Numbered from the stretch's first letter, positions 9,689-19,094 are shown. The stretch is 64,000 bases of DNA from a candidate division WOR-3 bacterium (GCA_965649265.1 CBFGKC010000013.1:1-64000), one strand, 5' to 3'. Program-made: numbers and translations. The notes: generated by a model from the letters alone, not told the origin.

Positions 9689-10504
9689 ATAGCTAAGTCG
9701 GATATCCTTGGGACTTACGTTGTCTCGCGGTTCGGGAAGGACCGTATTCAGATCATCCAAACCCTGGGGGCGGCGAGACGGAAGCATCACGTTGCCGCGC
9801 TCCTCGAACTCGACGTCACCCAGGCGAGGGCGGCAATCAAGCGGAATCGTTCTTCAACCGGTAAAGGACTTTCCTTTCTTTCCTGGTTGCTTGCCGTCAT
9901 CGGCAAAGTCTGCGCAGAATACCCCGAGGTTCACGCGTGGCGTCAGGGGCGCAGGAAAATAGTCACCTTTGAGGATGTCGACATCAGCATCCTTGTGGAA
10001 CGAGAAGTTTCGGGGCAGCTTGTACCACTGCCTTACGTCGTTCGTAAAACCAACGAAAAAACTCCGTTTGAGATTTACACCGAGATTCGCGTTGCCCAGA
10101 CCCAGAAGCTTGAGCCGGGGCAGCTGGTATTAGGTTCGAAGCCGGACGCAAAGCTTGCAGGATTAGGCGCGAGATTTCCATCCTTCGCACATGGTTTGTT
10201 CTGGCGTTTACTTGCCCGAAAGGCATTCTGGGCCAAACGAATTATGGGTACGGTCGCTCTGACCTCGGTGGGGATGTTCGGCACTACGCCTGCATGGCCC
10301 ATAAGCTTGGGATCACACACGCTTCTGTTTGCCCTGGGCTCTATATCGCGAAAACCCGGAGTAGTCGGTGACCGCATTGAACCTCGAGAATACCTGCACG
10401 CCACGGTCCAAATCGATCACGATGTCGTCGACGGTGCGCCTGCGGCAAGATTCCTTGCCCGGCTCTCCAGATTAGTCGAAGAAGCCTACGGCCTGGATAT
10501 ATAG
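9689..10504 (+). CDS. Stand-alone 2-oxoacid dehydrogenase E2/CAT-like acyltransferase catalytic domain (copy 1; probable ATA start)
   Basis: DHDVVDGAPAARF motif; frame is open and homologous to the 10548 paralog back to ATA 9689, which follows GGTGGA; the track start 9887 truncates it. Confidence 0.8.
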   Translation: MAKSDILGTYVVSRFGKDRIQIIQTLGAARRKHHVAALLELDVTQARAAIKRNRSSTGKGLSFLSWLLAVIGKVCAEYPEVHAWRQGRRKIVTFEDVDISILVEREVSGQLVPLPYVVRKTNEKTPFEIYTEIRVAQTQKLEPGQLVLGSKPDAKLAGLGARFPSFAHGLFWRLLARKAFWAKRIMGTVALTSVGMFGTTPAWPISLGSHTLLFALGSISRKPGVVGDRIEPREYLHATVQIDHDVVDGAPAARFLARLSRLVEEAYGLDI

Positions 10505-10547
10505 TAAACCATCTTGACAATACGGTAAGATGACTATATAGTGATCT

Positions 10548-11378
10548 ATGAATAAACCACATTCAAATAATGGTTTTCAATTTCACCGCTACGGTGAAGG
10601 ACGTTCATTGGTTCTTGAGGTCACCGTCGCGGCCTCGTGGAGGCACAACCAGCCTTGCCTGATGGAACTGGATGTAACCAAGGCGCGGGAAGCCATACAC
10701 CGCATGCGGCGAGAAAAAGGTGAAGGTATAAGCTTTCTTTCCTGGCTCATGACGTGCATTGGAAAAGCATGTTCGGAATACCCTGAAGTTCATGCATGGA
10801 GACACGGAGCAAGAAGAACGGTTACGTTTGATGACGTGGATATCGGCACATATGTGGAACGCAAGGTCGATAGTGTTTCTATCCCCGTGCCTCTTGTAAT
10901 AAGAAAGACCAATGAAAAGACTCCGGGGGAGATATTCAAAGAAATCCATGCAGCGCAGACCCAGGGCCTGGATGCGAAGAACGGACATTTCCTGGGTGAA
11001 AACGAGAAGGCGAACAATCTGGCAAAGTTTAGCCGTCGCTTGCCACGGTTCATAAGAATGCTTATCTGGCGGAAACTGATGCATGATGCATTCATGGCCA
11101 AGCGCGTCGTAGGGACCGTGGGGGTTACGGAACTGGGTATGGTCGCAAGGGGAACAGCCTGGCCGATTCCTTCCGGACTGCGCACCCTGAGCTTTGCCGT
11201 TGGTCCGCTCTCGCGAAAGCCGGGGATAGTCGATGGAATAGTTGTACCTCGTGAGTATCTTTGCCTCACCGCCGTCTTTGACCACGACATTGTCGACGGC
11301 GCGCCGGCGGCGAGGTTCCTTGCCAGACTTGCAAAGCTCATAGAAGGTGCCTACGGTCTTGAAAAATCGGATGGTTGA
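10548..11378 (+). CDS. Stand-alone E2/CAT-like acyltransferase catalytic domain (copy 2)
   Basis: DHDIVDGAPAARFL; no lipoyl domain; own promoter TTGACA(10514)-17-TATAGT ending 5 nt before ATG. Confidence 0.88.
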   Translation: MNKPHSNNGFQFHRYGEGRSLVLEVTVAASWRHNQPCLMELDVTKAREAIHRMRREKGEGISFLSWLMTCIGKACSEYPEVHAWRHGARRTVTFDDVDIGTYVERKVDSVSIPVPLVIRKTNEKTPGEIFKEIHAAQTQGLDAKNGHFLGENEKANNLAKFSRRLPRFIRMLIWRKLMHDAFMAKRVVGTVGVTELGMVARGTAWPIPSGLRTLSFAVGPLSRKPGIVDGIVVPREYLCLTAVFDHDIVDGAPAARFLARLAKLIEGAYGLEKSDG

Positions 11379-11478
11379 TTCCTTAAATAGTTCGCCAGTG
11401 GTCAGATTGACAACACGAGCCTTCGTGTTATAGTCACCGAATCGAACTTGGTTTCTTAATGCCCGCCAAAAGGAGGTT

Positions 11479-12705
11479 TTGGTGACCGAGTCAAAAATTA
11501 AGGTCTACGGCTATCGCTGGGTAGTCCTTGCGGTATTCATGCTTGTAGCTATCCTCAATCAACTTCTCTGGATAACGTTTGCGCCCATAACGGGTGCGGC
11601 CGCGTCCTTCTACGGAACGACCGATCTCGTGATAGGTCTTCTTTCCATGGTATTCATGGTCGTCTACATCATTATAGCACTGCCATCGGCATGGGTTATA
11701 GACACCTGGGGATTCCGCACGGCGGTTAGCATTGGGGGTGTCCTTACCGCACTGGGCGCACTCGGGCGCGGGATATTTGCAGAGAATTTCACAATTGTGT
11801 TCATCTCCCAAGTGGTCATAGCGTTCGGCCAGCCCTTCATTCTGGGTTCCATCACCAAGCTTGCCGCGAGGTGGTTTTCGCTTGAGGAACGTGGAACGGC
11901 GTCCGGACTCGGCACACTTTCGATGTACCTCGGAATCCTTTTGGGCATGATTCTCACTCCTATCCTTACCATCTCCTACACCATGAAGGGTATGCTCCTC
12001 GTCTACGGAATCGCGGCTACAGTAGTGGTCGCGCTCTTCATCGTCCTTGCGCGCGAACACCCGCCGACAATCCCATGCCCTGAGGGGCACGACGAGCGTG
12101 CGCTCATGTTCGACGGGCTTAAAAGCATGCTTCGCAATCGTAACTTCATCCTTCTCCTCGTCATCTTTTTCATCGGACTCGGGATGTTCAACGGTGTAAC
12201 ATCCTGGATAGAGGTCATCGTTCGTCCCCGCGGCTTTTCCATCTCCCAGGCCGGGATGGCCGGCGGCCTCATGCTGGTGGGCGGCGTTCTCGGCGCTCTC
12301 GTTATTCCTCTTATCTCTGATAAAATACGCAGACGCAAGCCTTTCATCATCATGGCTCTGGCAGGTCTTCTCCCCGGACTGGCTGGCATTACCTTTGCTC
12401 AGAGTTATTGGCTCCTTCTACTTTCCGGGTTCGTCTTCGGGTTCTTCCTTCTGAGTTCCGGTCCGATCGGCTTTCAGTATGGCGCCGAGATAACACATCC
12501 TGCACCGGAGGGTACGTCAAACAGCTTGCTTCTGGTCATGGGGCAGATATCCGGCATCGTCTTCATATTCCTTATGGATGCGCTCAAGTCTCCCCAGGGC
12601 TCAATGACGGTCTCCCTTCTCGGTCTCATCGGTCTCATGATACTCTGCGTCATCCTCTCCTTCTTCTTGCGCGAATCGCCCGTTCACGACGTAATAAAAA
12701 AATAG
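11479..12705 (+). CDS. MFS transporter
   Basis: About 12 hydrophobic segments; YRW..L motif, WF...ER..A.G, SDKIRRRKP loop; promoter TTGACA(11407)-16-TATAGT. Confidence 0.9.
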   Translation: MVTESKIKVYGYRWVVLAVFMLVAILNQLLWITFAPITGAAASFYGTTDLVIGLLSMVFMVVYIIIALPSAWVIDTWGFRTAVSIGGVLTALGALGRGIFAENFTIVFISQVVIAFGQPFILGSITKLAARWFSLEERGTASGLGTLSMYLGILLGMILTPILTISYTMKGMLLVYGIAATVVVALFIVLAREHPPTIPCPEGHDERALMFDGLKSMLRNRNFILLLVIFFIGLGMFNGVTSWIEVIVRPRGFSISQAGMAGGLMLVGGVLGALVIPLISDKIRRRKPFIIMALAGLLPGLAGITFAQSYWLLLLSGFVFGFFLLSSGPIGFQYGAEITHPAPEGTSNSLLLVMGQISGIVFIFLMDALKSPQGSMTVSLLGLIGLMILCVILSFFLRESPVHDVIKK

Positions 12706-12713
12706 AAGCCGGC

Positions 12714-13139
12714 ATGGGTGCGGGCCTTTTTACAAACAAGGGGCAAAAACCATCACGCGATGAGTTGCTGCGATCTCTCGGCACCGTATCCGGGTTGTGG
12801 GATGAGCTTTGCTCGTTCATCAATAAAAGCTACCAAATCGAAGGCGAGTTCAAATACTACGGTTCAAAGACTGGTTGGGCGTACAGGGGCCATAAGGCCG
12901 GAAAGGCCCTTATCATGCTTTTCTTCGAGGCCGGCGGCCTTATGGCGCAGATTGTTTTGAACCCCGCACAAACCGAGGAAGCCCTCACATCGGGGCTCAG
13001 TCTATCGACAAACAAGATGATTAAAGAGGCGAAGGTCTATCATGACGGGCGCTGGCTCTTCATCAACCTCAAAACCGAAAAAGAGCTCGAAGACGTGAAG
13101 AAACTTCTTCAGGTAAAACGCAAGCCCGTCGGGAGTTAA
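12714..13139 (+). CDS. DUF3788-like protein
   Basis: Start moved to ATG 12714; GW.Y....K.L..L.F and YHDGRWLF....E.DVKKLL..K motifs. Confidence 0.7.
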   Translation: MGAGLFTNKGQKPSRDELLRSLGTVSGLWDELCSFINKSYQIEGEFKYYGSKTGWAYRGHKAGKALIMLFFEAGGLMAQIVLNPAQTEEALTSGLSLSTNKMIKEAKVYHDGRWLFINLKTEKELEDVKKLLQVKRKPVGS

Positions 13140-13141
13140 GC

Positions 13142-14068
13142 ATGGAAACCAAAGTTCTTGACTGGCTCATGCAGGGTGACGCTTCAATTCGATTCCAGAC
13201 GATGAGGGATCTCCTCCGGTTGACTCCTCGTGAAATCAAAAAAGAGCAAGCCAGAATCGCGCTCGAAGGTTGGGGCGCAAGACTCCTCTCTCTGCAAAAT
13301 AAAGGAGGGGGATGGGGTACCGGCATCTACATCCACAAGTGGATCTCGACCACTTACACCATGCTTCTACTGCGCGACCTCGGGCTCGAACCGAAACAAC
13401 CGCAGGCAATCAAGGGCGCAAGGCTTCTTCTTGACGAGGGGTTCTACAAGGACGGCGGCATCAACTACTTCGGATCTCTCGACCATTCCGAGGTTGCCGT
13501 CACGGGAATGATACTCTCCATACTGTCGCACTTCGGGCTTGATGACGCAAGGCTTCACTCAATCGCCGAATTTCTCGTTTCCCAGCAGCTCGATTACGGG
13601 GGATGGTTCTACCTCTCTCCTCAGGGCAGGACCGATGTTTGTTTTCACACGACAATTTGCGTCCTCGAAGGACTCAGGGAGTATGAAAAGTGGAAGCCGC
13701 AAAATCCCATGGTTGTATCGCAAAGCATTGCCAGAGGCCACGGATTCCTCCTAGGGCACGAACTCTTCAAGATGCAGGGAACACAGATGCCGATACATCC
13801 ATCATTCACCAGGTTCGCGTTTCCCACCCGCTATCGCTACGACGTGATGCGGGTCCTCGATCACCTGCAGGACTGCCGCGCGAAGAAAGACCCCAGGATG
13901 GAGGATGCTATCAACTTACTGCTCTCAAAGCGCCGAAAGGACGGCATCTGGGCGCTTGGTCCTCGCTGGCCGGGCAGAACTCATTTCGAGATGGAGAAGC
14001 CCGGCAAGCCCAGCCGCTGGAACACGCTTCGGGCGCTCCGCATACTTAAATGGTGGGACAATGAATGA
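13142..14068 (+). CDS. Prenyltransferase/terpene-cyclase-like alpha-alpha barrel protein
   Basis: LQ...GGW and QQL.YGGW QW-like repeats; RF.FP..Y.YD..R.L; EKPGKPSRWNTLRALR. Confidence 0.7.
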   Translation: METKVLDWLMQGDASIRFQTMRDLLRLTPREIKKEQARIALEGWGARLLSLQNKGGGWGTGIYIHKWISTTYTMLLLRDLGLEPKQPQAIKGARLLLDEGFYKDGGINYFGSLDHSEVAVTGMILSILSHFGLDDARLHSIAEFLVSQQLDYGGWFYLSPQGRTDVCFHTTICVLEGLREYEKWKPQNPMVVSQSIARGHGFLLGHELFKMQGTQMPIHPSFTRFAFPTRYRYDVMRVLDHLQDCRAKKDPRMEDAINLLLSKRRKDGIWALGPRWPGRTHFEMEKPGKPSRWNTLRALRILKWWDNE

Positions 14069-14369
14069 ACAAACCTTTACGCAACGAGTTATCGAGTTAA
14101 TCAAAAGAATTCCAAAAGGCAAGGTCGCTACATACGGGCAGATCGCGACCATGGCCGGAGACCCTTACGGGGCGCGGCAGGTCGTGAGGGTTCTTCATAC
14201 ATGCACCGCAAAGGCAGGTCTGCCGTGGCACCGCGTAATCAACTCCAAGGGAACCATCTCCCTTACCGGCCAGGGCTACCTCGAGCAGCGCTCGCTCCTC
14301 GAGTGGGAGGGGGTCCTGTTCAACGCCGACTCGAAGATAGACTTCGAGAAGTATCTCTGGAAACCGTAA
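14061..14369 (+). CDS. Alkyltransferase-like protein (ATL, MGMT family)
   Basis: Start ATG 14061; IPKGKVATYGQIA...ARQV; PWHRV (Trp replaces the catalytic Cys); QR.LLE.EGV. Confidence 0.9.
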   Translation: MNEQTFTQRVIELIKRIPKGKVATYGQIATMAGDPYGARQVVRVLHTCTAKAGLPWHRVINSKGTISLTGQGYLEQRSLLEWEGVLFNADSKIDFEKYLWKP

Positions 14370-14451
14370 GGTAAATAAATTAGTTGCGCTAGAAATTAAG
14401 TTGACAAGAAAAAGGGGTTGCGTATAGTCATTTCATTATGGAGGCTATAGA

Positions 14452-15489
14452 ATGGTGATATTCCAGAATGGGAAAGAATATCAAGAACACAGATACATAT
14501 CCGGCGAAGAAACATCTCTTGAGAGGGAGGTAGTTAATAACTCAAAACTATTCTTTGGCAAAGACACTATATATATCGATGCAAAGAAGAGAATAGGATC
14601 AAAAGCTCTGGGCAGGGCCGTTCCAGATGGATTCTTATTTGACTTGTCGGATAGAGAAATTCCTGAGTTCTATTTTGTCGAAATCGAGTTGGCAGTGCAT
14701 GACTTCTTCGGTCACATATTTCCTCAGGTAACAAAATTCTTTGCATTTTTTAATGATAAACAAAGTGAGGCAAAACTGGTCGACAGCTTGTTTTCTACCA
14801 TTGATTCCGATGTCAAACTCAAGAAAGAGTTTAAAAAATATCTAGGGGATCGCGAGATATTCAAGTTTATTAAAGACGTAGTTGACAACAGCCAAAACAT
14901 TCTTCTTGTTATTGATAACGTGAAGATTGAATTACCTGATATAATGGAAACTTATACTGATACTTGGGGGAAAATGGTGAAACTCCTTTTCTTGAAGAAA
15001 TTCCAAAATGGCAATGACATAATCTATACACTTAGCCCAGACTTTGAAAGAATAGAGGTCGGGGAAGGGGATCAGGTTCAAGAAATAGAGGACGGGGGAG
15101 AAATTGAATACAACGAAGAGTGGCATCTGGAGGGAGTTGCAGAAGACATTAAAGATGCTTATCATAAAATAAAAGCAGAGATTCTTCGAGCTAAATCGGA
15201 TTTGAGGTTTAACCCAACGAAAGGCTACATATCGATTGTTCATAAGAAAAATGTTGTTTTTTTTCAATTCTATAAGAAGAAGATACACTTAGTCGTTATG
15301 CTTCCTGAGGAAGAGGTGCAGAAAAGAATCAAAAAACATAAGGTAAAACACCTTGCTGAAAGTGTGCAGAGATTCTGGAACGGCCCTAGTTGTGAGATTC
15401 TCATAGATAACAATAAGGATTTGGAAGAAATAATTGATGTCTTAAAATTTCTAGTCACATGTGATCTTGCAGGCGAAAAGAAAAACTGA
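14452..15489 (+). CDS. PD-(D/E)xK-like N-terminal domain plus DUF5655-like C-terminal domain
   Basis: PDGFLFD...FVEIEL; C-terminal PTKGYI....NVVF...KKKI; visibly AT-rich; own promoter TTGACA(14401)-16-TATAGT. Confidence 0.65.
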   Translation: MVIFQNGKEYQEHRYISGEETSLEREVVNNSKLFFGKDTIYIDAKKRIGSKALGRAVPDGFLFDLSDREIPEFYFVEIELAVHDFFGHIFPQVTKFFAFFNDKQSEAKLVDSLFSTIDSDVKLKKEFKKYLGDREIFKFIKDVVDNSQNILLVIDNVKIELPDIMETYTDTWGKMVKLLFLKKFQNGNDIIYTLSPDFERIEVGEGDQVQEIEDGGEIEYNEEWHLEGVAEDIKDAYHKIKAEILRAKSDLRFNPTKGYISIVHKKNVVFFQFYKKKIHLVVMLPEEEVQKRIKKHKVKHLAESVQRFWNGPSCEILIDNNKDLEEIIDVLKFLVTCDLAGEKKN

Positions 15490-15522
15490 ATTTAGATTCA
15501 AATCTGCTATTAGTGAATAACC

Positions 15523-16548
15523 TTATTTTTCAGCCACAAGCCTCGAAACGAGATCGTCCGTCGTCACACCGTCGGCCTCTGCGGCGAAGGAGGTCACTAT
15601 CCTGTGTCTCAGCACCGGGTGTGCCATGGCCTTCAAGTCTTCGTCGCCGGGTGTAAGCTCGCCGCGCAGAATCGCGCGCGCCTTGGAGCCGAGGATCAAA
15701 TACTGCGACGCCCTCGGCCCTGCGCCCCAGCTTACGTATGAGTTGATGTAGTCGAGCTTATTGCCTTTGTTCGGCCTCGTCTTCGCGACAAGAGCGACCG
15801 CATCCCTGATCAACGCATCCGATACCGGCACGCGTCGCAGGAGACCCTGAAACGACAGGATGTCATCCTTAGACACCACCTCTCCAAGCTCAGGCAGATA
15901 GGCCGAGGTCGTTTCCTTGACTATCTCCTCCTCCTCACCGGGAGTGGGGTAATCCACCGGTATAGAGAACATGAATCTATCCAACTGCGCCTCAGGCAGG
16001 GGATAGGTGCCTTCCTGCTCTATGGGGTTCTGGGTTGCGAGGACGGTGAAGGGCAGGTCCATGGGATACGTTACGCCGCCAACCGTAACCTTGCGTTCCT
16101 GCATCGCCTGGAGAAGCGCGGCCTGAGTTTTCGGCGGGGTGCGGTTTATCTCGTCCGCGAGCAGTATGTTAGCAAAAACAGGTCCCTTGAGAAAACGCAT
16201 CTGCCGCTTGCCTGTCGTCTTGTTTTCCTCGAGTATCTCGGTTCCCGTGATATCGGCGGGCATCAAGTCGGGTGTGAACTGGATGCGGTTAAAACTCAAC
16301 CCGAGCACTCTCGAAAGCGTATTGACCATCAGGGTCTTTGCGAGCCCGGGCACTCCGATTAGAAGACTGTGACCCTCGCACAAAAGAGAAATGAGAATTC
16401 TTTCAATTACCTCCCTCTGCCCGACGATGACCTTGGCAATTTCCTTATCCAGACTCTCACGAGCCTCGCGCAAGCGACGCAATAACGCGCGGTCCGCCCC
16501 GGTTTTTGTGGATAAGATTTCCGTCTTTTCTTCTCTGGATTTCTTCAA
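15523..16548 (-). CDS. moxR: MoxR family AAA+ ATPase
   Basis: GVPGLAKT Walker A, RIQFTPDLMPADITG, LLADEINR.PPKTQ.ALL, ATQNPIEQEGTYPLPEAQLDRF. Confidence 0.95.
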   Translation of the reverse strand: MKKSREEKTEILSTKTGADRALLRRLREARESLDKEIAKVIVGQREVIERILISLLCEGHSLLIGVPGLAKTLMVNTLSRVLGLSFNRIQFTPDLMPADITGTEILEENKTTGKRQMRFLKGPVFANILLADEINRTPPKTQAALLQAMQERKVTVGGVTYPMDLPFTVLATQNPIEQEGTYPLPEAQLDRFMFSIPVDYPTPGEEEEIVKETTSAYLPELGEVVSKDDILSFQGLLRRVPVSDALIRDAVALVAKTRPNKGNKLDYINSYVSWGAGPRASQYLILGSKARAILRGELTPGDEDLKAMAHPVLRHRIVTSFAAEADGVTTDDLVSRLVAEK

Positions 16549-16775
16549 ATTACACTCCTATTGGACTTGCAAGGTTTTCCACCGATTTTGAATAGTTATT
16601 CACACGGGGTGTTGGTAATTTGGTTCGACATGGTGTGAGTTGTATTCGTTCCCGTTTTGCATGATCGTATAGATAGCGTGAGAAACACAGTTCCTGGCTT
16701 GCATAAAGCTTATCTGCGCCCACAGAATATTCTACCATGCGCTGTTCCGAGGAATCGAGTATTAAATGTGGAAAT
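16507..16775. promoter_or_regulatory. Cluster of DnaA-box-like 9-mers
   Basis: TGTGGATAA 16507-15, TTTTCCACC 16575-83, TTATTCACA 16596-604, TGTGGAAAT 16767-75. Confidence 0.4.
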
Positions 16776-16941
16776 CCCTGAACTTTTAGACAAGGGATTC
16801 GGTTTTACATTTCGGTTGCTGAAAATGGTATCGATGAGTATTTGACAAGATGAACCACACATATTAATCTAAAGATAAAAAAGCAAAGCAGGTACTTGGA
16901 TTAGTACTATGCATGTAGATTTACTTGCGATCTTTTCAAGA

Positions 16942-17400
16942 TTAGTGTTTGCAAGAACCATCTTCATAAGTCGATATTTTTCCGATTCGGCGTTCGTGGC
17001 GTCCGCCTTCAAATACGGTATCCATCCATGCGGTTATTATTTTTTTGGCCAAGGTTTCATCAACAATATCAGCACCCAGACAAATTACATTTGCATTGTT
17101 GTGACGTTTTGACAGTTCCGCATCTTTTGTCGTGCAAACCCTTGCCGCGCGAATACCGTGAACCTTGTTTGCCGCAATACACATCCCTATGCCGGAACCG
17201 CAGATAAGAATCCCTAGTTCTGCGTTGCCTTCTGAAACACAGCATGCAACTTCGAAAGCAAAATCAGGATAGTCGACGGATTCAAGGTTGTTTGTCCCAA
17301 AATCCTTTACCTCACATTCTTTCGAAGCCAGCCACTTTCTAATGGAGTCCTTTAGTGATAATCCACGGTGATCCGACCCTACGGCAATAATCATTATCAT
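16942..17400 (-). CDS. rpiB: Ribose-5-phosphate isomerase B
   Basis: GSDH.G, VDYPD, ICGSGIGM.IAANK..GIRAA, HNNANV, FEGGRH.RR; start set at ATG 17400 (or 17394). Confidence 0.95.
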   Translation of the reverse strand: MIMIIAVGSDHRGLSLKDSIRKWLASKECEVKDFGTNNLESVDYPDFAFEVACCVSEGNAELGILICGSGIGMCIAANKVHGIRAARVCTTKDAELSKRHNNANVICLGADIVDETLAKKIITAWMDTVFEGGRHERRIGKISTYEDGSCKH

Positions 17401-17513
17401 CCTCTCTTCAAAAAGCAAAAAACTAACATAACATCAACAGCCTGCCGTCTTCAAAAAACGAAAACCGATGGCCAAAACTGCCTTGAAAACAGTAGTCCGC
17501 TGCTTTTCTAAAC

Positions 17514-17586
17514 TGGCGGCGGAGGGGATCGAACCCCCGACACGCGGATTATGATTCCGCTGCTCTGCCAACTGAGCTACGCCGCC
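17514..17586 (-). tRNA. tRNA-Met (CAT), elongator type, CCA not encoded
   Basis: Reverse complement GGCGGCGTAGCTCAGTTGGCAGAGCAGCGGAATCATAATCCGCGTGTCGGGGGTTCGATCCCCTCCGCCGCCA; full cloverleaf, G1-C72 pair; promoter TTGACA-16-TAAAAT at 17597-17624. Confidence 0.95.
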
Positions 17587-17700
17587 TTATTTCGGTATTT
17601 TACGCTCCAGAATTTCTTTGTCAATCTTGACGTCCCGGAAAAATACTTCTTGTTTTTGTGGAGACCACGTGAGGCCTGGTTTAACGCGACGCGTCAAAAA

Positions 17701-17855
17701 TGTGGATAACTAAGTTGGACAAAAGTGGGACAAAAGATGGTCAAAAGATGGACAATTTGGGATTTTTCGGATGATTTTCGTGAAAAAAAGCAGGTCAAAC
17801 AGGGTCCCCAGGAAATTAAACAGCAAGCAGAAAAAGTTGGTCAAAAGTGGGACAA
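17701..17855 (+). repeat. Perfect DnaA box followed by 11-bp direct repeats
   Basis: TGTGGATAA 17701-09; AAGWKGGWCAA x4 at 17712-17755 and x2 at 17834-17855. Confidence 0.8.
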
Positions 17856-18066
17856 AATAATACCCCAAGAAAACGCCCGAGACGTTTTCTTGGAACCCCT
17901 GACGACTTTCAGGGAAAGTCGTTCATAAGTTTGACTTTCGTTTAATCCGGGTAGTCGAACTTCAGTCTAAAACGGAGGTCCTCCAAGGCAAAAAGATAAA
18001 CTTTTTTGGTCAAAAAAGGTGTCAAAGTGATTTCCTGTGAAACCCTCCTAAATATCGGGTGAGAGT

Positions 18067-18100
18067 GTGTTACGGGGTGTTACGGGGTGTTACGGGGTGT
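18067..18100 (+). repeat. 10-bp tandem repeat
   Basis: GTGTTACGGG x3 plus GTGT, intergenic. Confidence 0.9.
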
Positions 18101-18157
18101 GTGACTGCATTATTGTAAACTATCGGTGCAATACCAGTGTCGCTGCGCTCCAGGCAC

Positions 18158-19027
18158 TCACCTGATGTACTTCATCGTCATTTCCATCACCGCGGCAATG
18201 TTCTTCGCGTCTTTGCTGTAACCGGAGGAAGCGACCTCCTTGTTCTTCTCGTCAAAGTACTTGCCCGTGACCGCGCTCAAATCGGGTGAAGTCGCAAGGT
18301 GCGTGTACGTGCGAGCCATGTCCTCGGGAGATATCGCGAACTTGCTCTTCATCGCGTACATGGATTTCATCTTCTCGGAAAGGTTGGGATAGCGCTCGAT
18401 GTCTATCTTGACGTTCGTGACGCGGATGCAGTTGGCCGTAATTCTCGTGTCCTTCAGCTCCCCGGCAAGCCAGTACGTGTACATCACTTGCGCGAGCTTC
18501 GACTGGTAGTACGCCTTCTCCACGCTGTACGGCCGGTTCTTGAATTCCGGGTCGTCGAGGCTTACTTTGAGGAACGGGTGCATCACGAGCCCCTTGGAGG
18601 CGACCGTTATCACGCGGCCCTGCTCACTCTGCTTCAACCTGTTCGTGAGGAGATTCGTTAAGAGCACCGGCCCGATGTGGTTGGTAGCCCAGACGGTTTC
18701 GATATTCTCCTCACTGAACTCGGGCGTTTTCCTGCTGATATCGAAATCGGCGGCGTTGTGAATCAGCACGTCCACCTGCCGGTAAGCGAGCGCGTCTACG
18801 GCAGCTCTGATTGAGCGCTGCGAAGCCATGTCGATAATCATCAGTTCGACATCGCCGCTTTTGCTTTTCTCCTTGATCTCCTTGAGCGCCGCCTCGCCCC
18901 GTTCCTTGTTCCTGCAGCCGATTATGACGCGATAGCCCGCTTCGGCAATCTGGACGGCCGCGGCCTTGCCTATCCCGGCGTTCGCGCCCGTGATGAGGCA
19001 TATTTTCTTTTCTATATTATTATTCAT
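18158..19027 (-). CDS. SDR family NAD(P)-dependent oxidoreductase
   Basis: ITGANAGIG, D.LIHNA, Y..SK catalytic motif (YYQSKLA). Confidence 0.93.
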   Translation of the reverse strand: MNNNIEKKICLITGANAGIGKAAAVQIAEAGYRVIIGCRNKERGEAALKEIKEKSKSGDVELMIIDMASQRSIRAAVDALAYRQVDVLIHNAADFDISRKTPEFSEENIETVWATNHIGPVLLTNLLTNRLKQSEQGRVITVASKGLVMHPFLKVSLDDPEFKNRPYSVEKAYYQSKLAQVMYTYWLAGELKDTRITANCIRVTNVKIDIERYPNLSEKMKSMYAMKSKFAISPEDMARTYTHLATSPDLSAVTGKYFDEKNKEVASSGYSKDAKNIAAVMEMTMKYIR

Positions 19028-19094
19028 GATAAGGCAGTATAGTGTCTAAGGACGAGCGTGTCAAGGAAGGCTATACTGGGCGGCATCGGCAAGA

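Noticed and set aside
17421-17450. XerD-like half site (TTATGTTAGTT on the minus strand) suggesting dif
   Set aside because: No XerC-type arm ending in ATAA at the 6-bp spacing
16550-18000. Short ORFs 16550-16738, 16657-16845, 16909-17112 and 17725-17928
   Set aside because: No SD or recognisable motif; they overlap DnaA boxes, rpiB or repeat arrays
17400-18150. Genomic island integrated at tRNA-Met
   Set aside because: No integrase or duplicated tRNA 3' end seen; housekeeping rpiB lies directly at the tRNA 3' side
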